NCBI GenBank assembly: GCA_964106645.2 | Contig: OZ067044.1 | DNA: 64,000 bases | Source of the DNA: Podarcis pityusensis | Lineage: Eukaryota | Reading direction: 5' to 3' (one strand) | Shown here: positions 51,246-63,519 of the stretch, one piece after another | How positions within the stretch are numbered: the stretch's first letter is position 1 | Layout of the letters: every line of letters starts with the position of its first letter | Program-made: the position numbers and the translations under genes | Notes under the pieces: generated by a model | Database searches by the model: none | What the model saw: only the letters and a program-made list of their open reading frames with translations | What the model was told of the DNA's origin: nothing

Positions 51246-51460
51246 TCTATAGGTAAGTGCCTATAGGATTGCAGTCTGAAAATTACGTTGCATAACATTT
51301 TGGCCCACTGGGGGTATCACTTTAACAAGTCTTGCAGCACCATTAGGTACCAATATTTGCCTTCACCAATGATGGAGTAGCCTGAAGCAGATCAGTTCAC
51401 TGTGCCGCTCAGTAGAATTGGTCCTGATGCTGATCCCTACAGTAACTTTATCATCTAGAC

Positions 51461-51593
51461 CACAGTTTCCCAAACTTGGGTCTCTAGCTGTATTGGGACT
51501 ACAACTCCCATCATCCCTAGCGAGCAGGACCACTGGTCAGGAATGGTGGGAATTTTAGTCCAACATCTGGAGACCCAAGTTTGGGAAACTCTG
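51461..51593. mobile_element. hAT-Charlie-like palindromic MITE
   Basis: 23-bp TIR CA(C/G)AGTTTCCCAAACTTGGGTCT (22/23). TSD ATCTAGAC / ATTTAGAC. Confidence 0.88.
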
Positions 51594-51601
51594 ATTTAGA
51601 C

Positions 51602-51662
51602 CAGGGTTTCCCAAGCTTGGGTCTCCAGCTTCCCACTGGTCCTGCTAGTTTGGAAAACCCTG
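51602..51662. mobile_element. Deleted copy of the same MITE, directly in tandem
   Basis: CAGGGTTTCCCAAGCTTGGGTCTCC...GTTTGGAAAACCCTG begins immediately after the 8-bp TSD of the first copy. Confidence 0.75.
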
Positions 51663-52032
51663 ATGGACCACTACTCAGAAACACACACCATATGGCTCAT
51701 AACAGTTTTCTGCAACCTGGTACTATCCAGATGTTTTGGACCAAAATTGCCCCTAGTCCCAGTCAGCAGTGCCATGTTGGCCAGGGCTGAAGGAAGATGT
51801 AGTCCAAAGTTCCGGAAGAAGAGTTTGGATTTGATATCCCGCCTTTCACTCCCCTTGAGGAGTCTCAAAGCGGCTAACATTCTCCTTTCACTTCCTCCCC
51901 CACAACAAACACTCTGTGAGGTGAGTGGGGCTGAGAGACTTCAGAGAAGTGTGACTAGCCCAAGGTCACCCAGCAGCTGCATGTGGAGGAGTGGAGACGC
52001 GAACCCGGTTCCCCAGATTACGAGACTACCGC

Positions 52033-52033
<1 letters not shown>

Positions 52034-52070
<37 letters not shown>

Positions 52071-55000
52071 TTTATTTATATCCCGCCCTCCCCAGCCGAA
52101 GCCGGGCTCAGGGCAGCTAACAACAATCAAATAATTAAACAATCAAATAATCCAACATTCTAAAAACATTTCATTATAAAAATTAATTAAAATCAAATTA
52201 ATGGCAACCGTTAAGCAAAATTCTGTGCAGGTTGCCAGAGGAGGGAGTCAGGCTGGGCCCTGACCAAAGGCCTGGTGGAACAACTCTGTCTTGCAGGCCT
52301 TGCGGAAAGATGTCAGGTCCCGCAGGGCCCTAGTCTCTTGTGACAGAGCGTTCCACCAGGTTGGAGCCGCAGCCGAGAAAGCCCTGGCTCTAGTTGAGGC
52401 CAGCCTAACCTCTCTGAGGCCTGGGACCTTCAGGATGTTTTTATTTGCAGACCGTAGGTTCCTCTGTGGGGCATACCAGGAGAGGCGGTCCCGTAGGTAC
52501 GAGGGTCCTAGGCCGTATAGGGCTTTAAAGGTTAAAACCAGCACCTTAAACCTGATCCTGTACTCTACCGGGAGCCAGTGCAGCTGGTATAGTACCGGAT
52601 GAATGTGATCTCGCAGCGAAGACCCCATAAGGAGTCTCGCCGCAGCATTCTGCACCCGCTGGAGTTTCTGGGTCAGTCTCAAGGGCAGCCCCATGTAGAG
52701 CGAGTTACAATAATCCAGTCTGGAGGTGACCGTCGCGTGGATCACAGTGGCTAGGTCAGGGCGAGAGAGATAAGGAGCCAACTGCTTAGCTTGGCGGAGA
52801 TGAAAAAATGCCGCCTTTGTTATAGCTGTAATCTGCGCCTCCATAGAGAGGGAGGTATCGAAGATTACACCCAAACTCTTAACGGACGGTGCTGGCACTA
52901 ATTGCACCCCCGCAAGAGATGGGAGTTGCCCCCCCAATCCCATATTGTCCCGTCCCAGCCAGGGGACCTCTGTCTTCGAAGGATTTAACTTCAACCGGCT
53001 TCCACGTAACCATCCAGCCACAGCTTCCAAACATCTGGTCAGTGTGTCTGGGGCCGAGTCAGGATGGCCATCCATCAACAGATAGAGTTGGGTGTCATCG
53101 GCATACTGATGGCAACCCAGCCCAAAACTCCGGACAAGCTGGGCGAGGGGGTGCATAAAGATGTTAAAAAGCATCGGGGAGAGTATCGCACCCTGAGGCA
53201 CTCCACACACCAAGGAGTGGCGCGATGACAATTCCCCCCAAGCGCCACCCTCTGTCCCCGACCAGAGAGAAACGAGCGCAGCCATTGAAGGACTGTGCCC
53301 TGGATCCCCACGTCGGCAAGGCGGTGGTCCAGGAGTTCGTGATCGACCATGTCGAAGGCTGCTGACAGGTCTAGAAGAATCAGCAGCCCCGACCCGCCTC
53401 GATCCAGCTGCCTGCAGAGATCATCTGTTAGGGCGACCAGAGCCGTCTCGGTCCCATGACCAGCGCGGAAGCCGGACTGGAATGGATCCAGAGCCGATGT
53501 TTCATCCAGAAACCTACCAAGCTGTTCAGCAACCGCTCTCTCAATCACCTTACCCAGGAATGGAAGATTCGAAACCAGGCGGTGATTGGATAGATCTAAG
53601 GGATCTAATGATGTTTTCTTTAAGAGCGGGCGCACCACTGCCTCCTTCAGTTCCCCTGGGAATATCCCGGTGCCAAGGGACAAATTGATGATATCCCCCA
53701 GGGGGGCCCGCACCTTGTCTGGACACGCTCTAATCAGCCAAGACGGGCACGGGTCAAAAGGACAGGTGGTGGACTTTCCAGCTCGGAGGAGTCTGTCCAC
53801 ATCGGCTGGGGATATCCGGTCAAAGTGGTCCAATACTGGACCCGAGGACAGTCGAGGGGCCTCCAGTTCCTTTATTGTATCCAAATTGGCAGGGAGGTCA
53901 TGGCGGAGCAACAGGACCTTCTCCGCAAAAAAGCTCGCAAATGCCTCACAGCTGTGTGTCAGATTGTTATTTAAATTTGGCTGTCCTTCAAGGGACGTTA
54001 AAGACCTAATTATACTAAATAATTGCACCGGGCGAGAGCTAGCAGATGCAATGGAGGCTGAGAAGTAAGACTTCTTAGCAGCCTTCACTGCCATCTCATA
54101 GGTTTTAATAAAAACCCTATAAGATGTTCTTGAGGCTCCGTCACAGGCACCCCGCCATACTCGCTCTAGCCGTCTGAGGTCCCGCTTCATTTTCCGAAGC
54201 TCCTCGGTAAACCAGGGAGCCCGGTTTCTGCGGAGTCGCAGAGGGCGCTTAGGTGCGATCTCATCTATGTCTGCCAGGAGCTGGATATTCCAGCCCTCAA
54301 CAAGCTCAGTCAATGAGTCGCCAGGGGGAGCAAGGTCCCGCAAGGCTTGACGGAATCTATCAGGGTCCATCAGCCTCTGCGGGCGAGCCCAAATCGGCTC
54401 ACCACCTAAGCAGGGTGGGGGTGGAAAGTCAATCCTGGCTTTCAGAGCATAGTGATCAGACCATGGCACCTTCATCGAAGGAGACATGATCACATCTATA
54501 CCTACGCCAAAGATCAAATCCAGTGTGTGGCCTGCTTGATGTGTGGGGCCTGAAACAAACTGGGAGAGCCCTAGTGTCGCCATGGAAGACACCAGGTCCA
54601 GAGCCTGTGAGGAGGGAGTGGCATCAGCATGGATGTTGAAGTCCCCCAATACCAATAGGTTAGGGAACTCCAAGGCCCAGCCGGCCACTGCCTCCAGCAG
54701 ACCTGACAGGGTGGCTTCTGGTGCGCTAGGTGGCCGGTACACCAGCCAGACAGCAAAGCTCACCTCAGAGCCCCACACTAGGCCAACACATTCAATGCCG
54801 GGGATCGATGGCGATGGTAGAGCCCTGAAAGAACAATCTTCCCGGATTAATAATGCCACCCCTCCCCCCCGGCCTACAGTCCGCGACTGGTGGAGGACGG
54901 AGAAACCCGGGGGCGCCATCTCTCGTAAGGTAACTGTTGCCCCTTCGCGCACCCAGGTCTCCGTCACACAAGCCAAGTCGACCCCCTGTGAGGTAAAGAA

Positions 55001-55598
55001 ATCTCGCAGAGTGGTGGTTTTCTTGCCTATAGACCTGGCATTGCACAACACCAGTGACGGAGGTGAGTAATCCTTGCTCACCCTACCCTCGTTCCTCGGG
55101 ATGGGGCGCAGATTGGAAGGGGTACGAGCATATCCGTATCTCGATCCCCTTCGCCTATAACATCTGTCCCCACCACCATACCTCCCTCGCCCCTCCACGG
55201 TAGCAATCCCAAGCCTCATACAAGCCTCCATTTACAAAATAGAAAAACAAACCAAACCAAAAACAATTATACCTAAACAAAACCAATCCCCACCCCAAAC
55301 CACAATAAAACGGAACAAAATAAAAATACATAGATAAAAACCACTGTTCACGGTGATACAACAAAGTAAAAAGTAAAAACACCTTTAAAACACTTTAAAA
55401 TATATATAAACATTTTTAACATTTGCTGCAGCAGCACCAGTGTCCTTAAAACTGTAGCAGAGGTGAGTCTGGGCCCCGCCCCCTGGGCCAGGTGGAGTTA
55501 GCCTGAGGAGGGAGCGGCCTTCCCCAACACTCACGGTGCGGCGGCAGCGATGTCCCAGTGCCTCAATGAGGCCTCTTAAAGCTCTGGTGAAGGTGAGT
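52034..55598 (-). mobile_element. Near-intact L2-clade LINE (about 3.56 kb)
   Basis: APE endonuclease motifs (CNARS, VTETW, GGGVA, VYRPP, GDFNIH, TLDL, SDH), RT motifs (QSGFR, DLSAAFD, GVPQG, YADD) and L2-type C-terminus (LHWLP, RAFS). (ATT)11 tail. Many CpGs retained. Confidence 0.95.
52248..55231 (-). pseudogene. L2 EN-RT polyprotein, about 994 aa if one frameshift is corrected
   Basis: ORFs 53075-55231 and 52248-53285 join in frame if one base is added to the C6 run at 53234-53239 (RVALGG-ELSSR). 2984+1 nt = 995 codons. Confidence 0.88.
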
Positions 55599-56234
55599 CC
55601 ACTACACCACACTGGCTTTCCGGCATCATGCTGCTGAAGGCTTAGAACAACTGCATCATATTTAAGATTTTGTGTATTTAACTGTAGAACTTACATATAA
55701 CAGCACACATTTCCACCCCACCCCCTCAGATTTTGACTTCCATTCCTCATCTGTTGTCTTTAAAAACCTCAATCTAGTGAGCCTATTTAAACAAAAGTTG
55801 GGCTGAATAATGCCTTTCATTTTCTATCAGTCTATCAACTGCTAACACCCTTGTCGCTTACCAAACCTATAGTTTGCAATATTTTTCTTCATGGCAGCAT
55901 ATTATTGCTAAAATAGGACACCACATAAATCAACCCCTCCTCTGATGCTATTTTGTGAACCTGAAGAGTATAGCAACCTCAGACAATGCACTGGGGGGGA
56001 AATGTTTTGCAGTGTAATCCTTAAGTGACAGCTCTACATGCACTTAACTTATCAGCTACTTCCACTGAAATCAAGTGAAAGTGACTTTTTGAATAGACAT
56101 GCATAGGGTTGTTAGAAAGCTAATCACATTTAAAAAATATAGAACCAGTAAAGTGTCATTCCTTAGGACTACTGCTGTGCTGAATACTTCTCCCACATTT
56201 TTTCCTGACAATTCTTCCTCAATGAATGAGAATA

Positions 56235-56795
56235 TTAACTGCGGTGGTTGCTCCCAGACTTTGGAACTCCTTCCTCAGACAAGCTAGATTGACTTCCTCT
56301 TTGTTGTCTTTCCGCCAGCAGGTAAAGACTTTCTTGTTCCAACAGGCTTCTGGGAACTGACTGCTTTTAATGAAAGGACTGATCCACACATCCTTCCACA
56401 GTGGGGACATAGGTTTCTAGGTGGGAGTTGATCATGGTGAGGGTTTGTCAAGCGTGCCTTCCTCTTAGCACGTTTCTCCCTTGTGTCCTGAGTTTGAGTG
56501 TCTTCAAAGCCCATGACACCTTTGGTAAGGGCTGTTCTCCAACTGGTGTGCTCGCAGGCAAGTGTTTCCCAATTGTTGGTGTTTATACTACATTTTTTTA
56601 GATTTGCCCTGAAACAGTCTTTAAACCCTTTTGTTGACCACCAGCATTACGCTTTCCATTTTTAATTTTGGAATATATATATACTATCAACAATTGTCTT
56701 TTTATTATGTTTTTTTCTATATTTTTAATGGTTATTATTTTTATCTGTAAGCTGTCTTGAGTCCTGTCAGGGGAAAAGGCAGGGTATAAATAAAT
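56235..56795 (+). mobile_element. L2 3' fragment interrupted by an RTE fragment
   Basis: VVAPRLWNSFL-like C-terminus at about 56240-56360. L2-type tail TGTAAGCTGTCTTGAG...GGGTATAAATAAAT at about 56745-56795. Confidence 0.6.
56380..56675 (-). mobile_element. RTE-clade LINE C-terminal fragment
   Basis: EKRAKRKAR...LCPHCGRMCGS, preceded by WETLACEHTSWR, typical of an RTE C-terminus. Confidence 0.75.
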
Positions 56796-57441
56796 ATATA
56801 ATTACAATAAATTTGAAAGCTATGAAAGGAGAGCAAAAAATGTCAGTGAAATGCTCATAGGTGGTGCATGAGATTTTTCTTATTATTATCTTCCTTTTTT
56901 AGGTAGCTGGTAGCTTTGAGAGTGTCCCTTCTGTCATTCAATTCATCTAATCAGTAGGCTTCCCAGGGAAAGACATCATGAGCTGACTCTTCCCCCACAA
57001 GAGTTTTTCAGATCAGGAACTGCAGACATCTGGGGAGGCTGCAGAGTGCTAGAGAGATGTTTACTAGAAGGAAACACACACACCATCCTTGGCCATATCA
57101 CAGTGATAAGTTCAAAACCCTACACAAACTGAAATTCTAAAGAAATTCTCCAGTGTCCTTGGTGTTGATAGAGGCAAACTAGTTAGCTACCAAGTTAGCT
57201 AGTTATGCTCTGCCTTTTGATTGGAATGTCCTCTAGATGGCTCTCATCAATAAATCACAATAAGGCACTAAGGGAACAGCCTGGCATGTACATTTTCATT
57301 CCTCTCAATTATTTACTTTACTTCTTCAGAACCTAAGATGTTAATTTCTTCAATATATGCTCTTCAAGGTTCAATACAGTTTTGTTTGATTGCAGCTTTC
57401 CCCCAATTATGTCACCTAAATTTAAATAATTGCTTTAGAGG

Positions 57442-57442
<1 letters not shown>

Positions 57443-57496
<54 letters not shown>
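57443..57496. repeat. (GT)11(GC)4(AC)12 palindromic microsatellite
   Basis: Read directly. 57443-57494 is its own reverse complement. Confidence 0.95.
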
Positions 57497-57497
<1 letters not shown>

Positions 57498-57772
57498 TAC
57501 TGACATGCTTTGGGAAAACATATTGAGAAGGTATTTCACCTTGAGGGAGATGATTGACAGGCTCAATGACTGGGGTGAATGAAGCACTTGCAGGTGTTAA
57601 TTCATAGGCATAATTTGAAGCATGGAAAACTATGATTATATGAATAAGATAAGCATTGGAGATTTAAAGGATTTATGCAATAGCATGAGATGTGTAATGT
57701 GCATAATGGATTAGATGACACAATGACCCTGATATCCTTTTAATTTTAATCAGCTGGATTTCATATAGTATA

Positions 57773-58158
57773 AAGGTAAAGGTAAAGGACCCTGATAGTT
57801 AAGTCCAGTTGCAGACGACTCAGGGATTGTGGCACTCATCTCACTTTACAGGCCGAGGGAGCCGGCGTTTGTCCGCAGACAGTTTTTCTGTGCCATGTGG
57901 CCAGGATGACTAAGCTGCTTCTGGCGCAATGGAGCACCAAAACCAGAGCAGTGCATGGAAACGCCATTTACCTTCCTGCCGGAGTGGTACCTATTTACCG
58001 ACTTGCGCTTTTTGGTATGCTTTCGAACTGCTAGGTTGGCAGGAGCTGGGACCGAGCAACGGGAGCTCACCCCGTCGCAGGGATTCGAACTTCCAACCTT
58101 CTTATTAGCATGTGCAAGAGGCTCAGTGATTTAGACCACAGCGCTACCTGCATCCCTC
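57773..58158 (-). mobile_element. Sauria SINE, full length
   Basis: ACCTTT tail and B box GTTCGAATCCC on the minus strand. Exact 11-bp TSD CATATAGTATA (57762-57772, 58159-58169). Confidence 0.93.
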
Positions 58159-58770
58159 CATATAGTATAGGATGCATATTTAGGACAGAGTCATTGGTTC
58201 TCTGGAATTTTAAAACTCAACTTTCCTTTACATTACAAGTTAAATTACAACTAAACATTTTGATTATGCAACTCGCCTGTAAAGGAAAGCAATGATATAT
58301 TTCATGGTATTCTAATTGATTGTGCTGCATAACAGGTATATTTAATATAGCATATTGCCATAGTAAACAAATAAATAAATCTGTATAATACATTAACAGA
58401 TGATCCATTATTAATGACATTTATTAGCAATCATACACATTTACTCAGAAATAACCCTCCTTCATTTAGTGGGGCACCTTCCCAGGTAGCCTGACACATA
58501 TAGATCTCAGTCCGTATCATGTTTGGAGGGATCCGTAAATGATGCCCATTGTCTTCCTCCTTAGCATGTGCACATGGACAATCAGTGCACAAGAGGCGAT
58601 TGTGGGTAATTAGGTTAGGGAGGGGGCATGGTGTACTTCCTATCTAGACCTCTCCTTCTACTTGGATTTAAAAAATCTAACTACTAAGCCTTTCCTAAAT
58701 CTCCAATGAATCTGTACTTCTGATGTAACATCTGATATGCCTTTGATGGCGTTTTGTGTTTTTGATGAAG

Positions 58771-59205
58771 CATAGAATTACAGAGCTGGCAGTGGCCTTA
58801 TTGATCGCCTGTTCCAACCCCTTGTTAAACGCAGGAACTAAGAACCTAGGAAGGCAGCCCATTGGTCCATCTTGCTCAGTATTGTCTGCTCTCTAAGGAT
58901 TCAGGCAGAGTTCATCTCTCAGATCATCCTGGAGATGCCAGATGCTCTACCACTGAGCAACGGCCCTTCCCCAATGCAATTACAATGTCCATGACAAAGC
59001 CTCTGGTTGACTGTCCCCTGCAAAGGCAGCCCCTCTTCTCCTGAGACTGACTGTTCCACTGTTACAGAACTTCTACCATCAGGATGGTTGTTCTAATGCT
59101 TCCCAGCCATTTCTGCCCATTGATTCTATTCTGGTTTTCTGGAGCAAACCTGCTTTGTCTTCTGCATAACAGCCCATAAGATATATGGAGGCAGTTAGCA
59201 TGTTT
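58771..59205 (-). mobile_element. Old CR1 3' fragment with a nested short SINE (about 58834-58972)
   Basis: CATAGAATTACAGAGCTGG...TCCAACCCC is a CR1 end. The nested tRNA-like head reads GGGGAAGGGCCGTTGCTCAGTGGTAGAGCAT on the minus strand. Confidence 0.6.
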
Positions 59206-59254
59206 CCCCCTTAAATTCATTATTTACTTCTCAGTTAAGTTAGTATGCAGATAC

Positions 59255-59257
<3 letters not shown>

Positions 59258-59324
<67 letters not shown>

Positions 59325-59327
59325 ACA
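59258..59327. repeat. (CT)n(CA)n compound microsatellite
   Basis: Read directly. Confidence 0.95.
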
Positions 59328-62300
59328 TTGTATAGAACTCACTGTATAAGCATGCTTAACAATACATTTTGTTAAAAAAAGAAGTTGCTGACCCATCACC
59401 CCCCCCCCCCCAGTCTGTGTTGGTTATCTCTCACTTTCACAGTGCATGAAAAAATTTCTGTAGGCTATCTTTAAAAAAAAAAAAAAGTTCCAGACAAGAA
59501 TAATTAAAATTATTTTCTTTCCTAGTTAAAATATGGGAGGATAAGTATGTGGGAAATGGAAATGAGTATTAGCTGGTAGCTTTAAAATATTCTGGTGTGT
59601 GCATAAAGTAGTTCTTTGGGGAACTATGTACTCAAATGGCTTTGTAAGGGGGGGAATTCCTTAACAATTTTTTGAATTTGCACATTAGGGCAAACACCAT
59701 GTTGCATTTCTATGATCCCTTGTTCTGTTTTTCATTAGATTTGTAAATTTCAAGTCTGAAAACAGCTCTTAGATCTACATGACAGTGTACACTGAGATAT
59801 TGCACAGGGAATCTGGGAATTCTTGTATAAACTATCAAATCACAGCATTTATCTCAGTGGTGGACACAAATGCAAAGGGAGGAAAAAAGGTTTAAAAATT
59901 GTTGTATCATATGAATCATAGAGCTTCTGTGTTCCCTTATGGCATACTAGTATATTTATTGAAGAACAACACATAGATCTTGCAAGTTCAGTACACTATA
60001 GATCAACTTGTCCCCTACTCAGCAACTAAATTTCCCTTTCAGAAGTAAATGGAAGGTGGGGGGAGGGCAGGAAAAAATTATGTTGTCACAGATATCAAAT
60101 CATCCACACCTTCTTTATGTCTATTTTGATTACTGAAGGGTCAGGGGGATTAGGACCCTTCACTAGTCTCTCCTGATGCTTCTCAAAAATGTGCTGCCAT
60201 ATTTGGCATGTTCAAGTTATGATGTGTGTTTTGGGATTTCTGCTCTGATTTAAACACTTAAACATAAGCAGGTATTTTCCATTTTATATAGACAATGGGG
60301 GAAGATGTGTTTTTCGGGATCGCAGCCACAGAACATAAGATTAATTCCCTAAATTTCAGATAATTTTACTCTGCTTTCAAAGGGAATACTTTCCATAATT
60401 CAGAAGGCATTTCCTTTCAACTTATGCCAAATTAAGTGAGCTGACTTAATAGTAGTAGATGCTGAGGGATGTTCAGCAGCAGAGGTATGTGTTGTCCATG
60501 ATCTGCCCTGCACTCCTCAGGTGCAGTGGAAGAAAATGCCCCATCACTAAGGTTGAGGTAAAATTTAAGTGCCGGTCCAGTTGGCATCTGCTAATGGAAA
60601 GGGCACGATCTTATATGATTATCACCATCAATTTATTAATCACATTCTAAACAACCATATCAAGACAATGTACACCAGATATGATTCAGAATAGTCATTT
60701 GCTTCTGGCAAATTAGCTTCTGGCAGGTTTTTGTTGGGCCTAGATCTTGAGGGTGGAGGAAGAAGAAACTGAGCGTAGAGGAGGGAAGATTCTTGCACAT
60801 TATGAGTGAGGAAATTACTTCAACAATGAAGGCTGGCCTGGAAGGTAGGAGTCTGCTGTGTCCTTTTCTGTGAGAGACTAGGCAACTAGGCTAACCCAGG
60901 CCAGATGATACATTATCCCTGGGCTGTACCCCAGGGACCAGGGACACTACCATAGCAGGTCTCCATGCTTCTGCCAAACCAGTTAAAGTGTGAAGGCAGT
61001 AGGGAGAGAGGCAAGAAAATGGATATTATTATCCAACTACAATCCAAGCTGTAGAAAAACTTATGGGGCCATAAAGCTCACCTCAGATTGATGGTGAGCA
61101 TTAGGAGTCACCAAGGCTTCTATTCTGAACTAGAAAACAGTGGCTTTTCCAGATGCAAGAGAAATTCCAGTGAATGAAACCACCCTAGTTTATATTGTGT
61201 ATTTCATGCCAGCTAGACAGCAAAAGAGTTAGACTTCCACTGTTATGACAGTAAAAATAGGTCTTGGTCATATATTCTACTCTTCTCAATATGTTGCCTA
61301 GAGGGAAGTATGAAATATCTACCTAGGTCACCATTGTGAAAGTTACATTACGGTGGCGCATGTTTCATGCCAACAGAAAATATTCTTTGGAAGTTGCAAT
61401 GTCTTAATTTCATAATGTAATATTTTTACACATTAATAAATCAAATTTCACTATTCTTAATGATGGGAAGCTAAAAGGTATATGCAAGACTCCAGCAATC
61501 TTTACTTCTAACCGTTAATTAATGTTGACAAAAATCCTAATTAAAATGAATACAGCTTGGGTAGCATTTTGAAATGTGACCTTTATTGCCATCACTCTTT
61601 CCAGCAATTTTTACACCAAGAAACTCTGATTGAGCTCTTGTCTCAGGATAGGTTTCTGCCATGTTTCTGCCATATGTGCAACAGAGAAGTTTGGGTAGAT
61701 AAAAATATTTGATCCTTATGAGTCCTATAACACATCAGGGCAAATGAATTAGCAGTTTTAATAATTATGATTGTAACCTTTCCCTTGGGTTACAGAGGTT
61801 AAACACACAATAAATGTTCTTTCCCCATGCCCTTGGCAATCCTTAGGTTAGGCTGCAGAGTACTTTGGATAGTATCCACGAAACAGCATGATTGAAACTA
61901 CCTGTAATGCGATTATCTACTGTTGCAGCAAATTTTATTGGTTTCTGTTCTGGAAAAGAAGACAGTTAACTGACAACAGTGCTGAATCAGCAGAAGTTGT
62001 AGATACTTTATCTGCTGTGAGTCTGAAAAATGAGTATTCTGGGTAATAATCTAGTGACAGGATTTTAAAATGAATGTTCTTCCTTATTATTCCCCTCAAA
62101 TACTTTCAGATATTTATGCTAATACAGTAGATCAGCCTCCCCGCCTCCAACCAGGTGCCTCTCAAATACTTTGGACTACATCTCCCATCAGCCCCATCCA
62201 GTATAGCTCTGCTTGCTAGGAATGATGGAATTGTAGCCCAAAACAGCTGGAGGGCACCAGGTTGGGGAAGACTGCAAATTTAGAATTGTCAAAATTGGTG

Positions 62301-63519
62301 AGGGCATATTTGGAACTCTCACAATTTGAACTTTCCTTTCTTCCTTCTGCCTCACAAACAATGGGCACAGTCAAAGGCAGGGCATATTTGGCAAAGCATA
62401 TGTAAACCCAGTCCCAAAACATCAACAAAGACACAGGTTTGGGTACTAGGTGCAAGGTTCACTGAAGACACTCACATCTTTGTTGGATTGGGACAAAAGT
62501 CTGATCGTATATCAAATGTTTTTCAATAACACACACATGGGCTGTTTTTTGGCTGCTTTGAGTTTCAACTCTGCAAAGTGCCCAGATTTGAATTCTTAAC
62601 TAAATTAGGCACTTACTCTTTGTGTGTATGAACAAGAACAGAGGAAAAGGAATTGGCAGCAGTGCTAAATCAAATATCTACTGAAAAGCTGCTTACGCCA
62701 ACTTATTTAGTTTATATCTGAGGAATGAATGAAAGGGTTGCATTTCACTCAGCCTGCCTAGATTATTCCTCATAAAATCTAAAGCGTCTTTGATTGGTTT
62801 GATTGAAGCTCACTGGGATTAAGTGTGTCTTCAGTTTGTAATAAATCTGAACAATAAAATCCAATGTTTCCTTTAAATCAAAACATTTAAAATATGAGCC
62901 CTTCCAGAAGGGGTATGTGTGTGTGTGTAAGCTTCCTTTTAATTCAATTTAGTTTCTGCAATCCAGGCTAAAGCTGTTTGCTAATTTTCTGTGCACTTTC
63001 AGAGATGAGCTAGGGACTTCATGAAATGCTGCTTGTGGGCAATTTATCTGATGTCATTTTGTGCTGAAGCTACCTAAATCCCTTTAATAATTGAGGGTGA
63101 CAACATGCAGCTTCATGTTAGGTGCAAAATAAGAAAAGCCATTTTGATGTCAGTATGAGCTGCTTGGATTATCTTTCAAATCACCAATTGTGGCACTGAT
63201 GGGTTGAGATTGGCCACCAACACCAGCTGACAAAATGTAAATTGCTGACTTTGTAGACAGGCAAAATTGATACTGAAACATGTAGATTAATGTCTTCAAC
63301 TTCAGTTTTCCAACAGAAAATATGTCACGCTTAAGGTGGAAAAAAAATGAAGTGATGAGTCTGTAGTTATGACTGCAGTGTGTGAGAGACCTGGAACTGT
63401 TTTGTCGGGTGGTTCCATGTAGGCATTGCAATTTCTGCAATCTGCTAACCATAACCTTGGTGATGAGCCCCATTATGCTCTCCCTGCTGAAATATGAGAA
63501 GCCCTATCTCCTCTATGAC

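Larger units (their letters stand above)
51815..55617 (-). mobile_element. tRNA-derived CORE-type SINE split by the L2 insertion (parts 51815-52033 and 55599-55617)
   Basis: Minus-strand head AGCCAGTGTGGTGTAGTGG (55617-55599) continues at 52033 with AGCGGTAG...GGTTCGCGTCTCC, the core GTGACCTTGGGCTAGTCAC and an L2-like tail GGCGGGATATCAAAT. Confidence 0.8.

Noticed and set aside
52291-55070. Plus-strand ORFs of 103-175 aa
   Set aside because: Antisense to the GC-rich L2 ORF.
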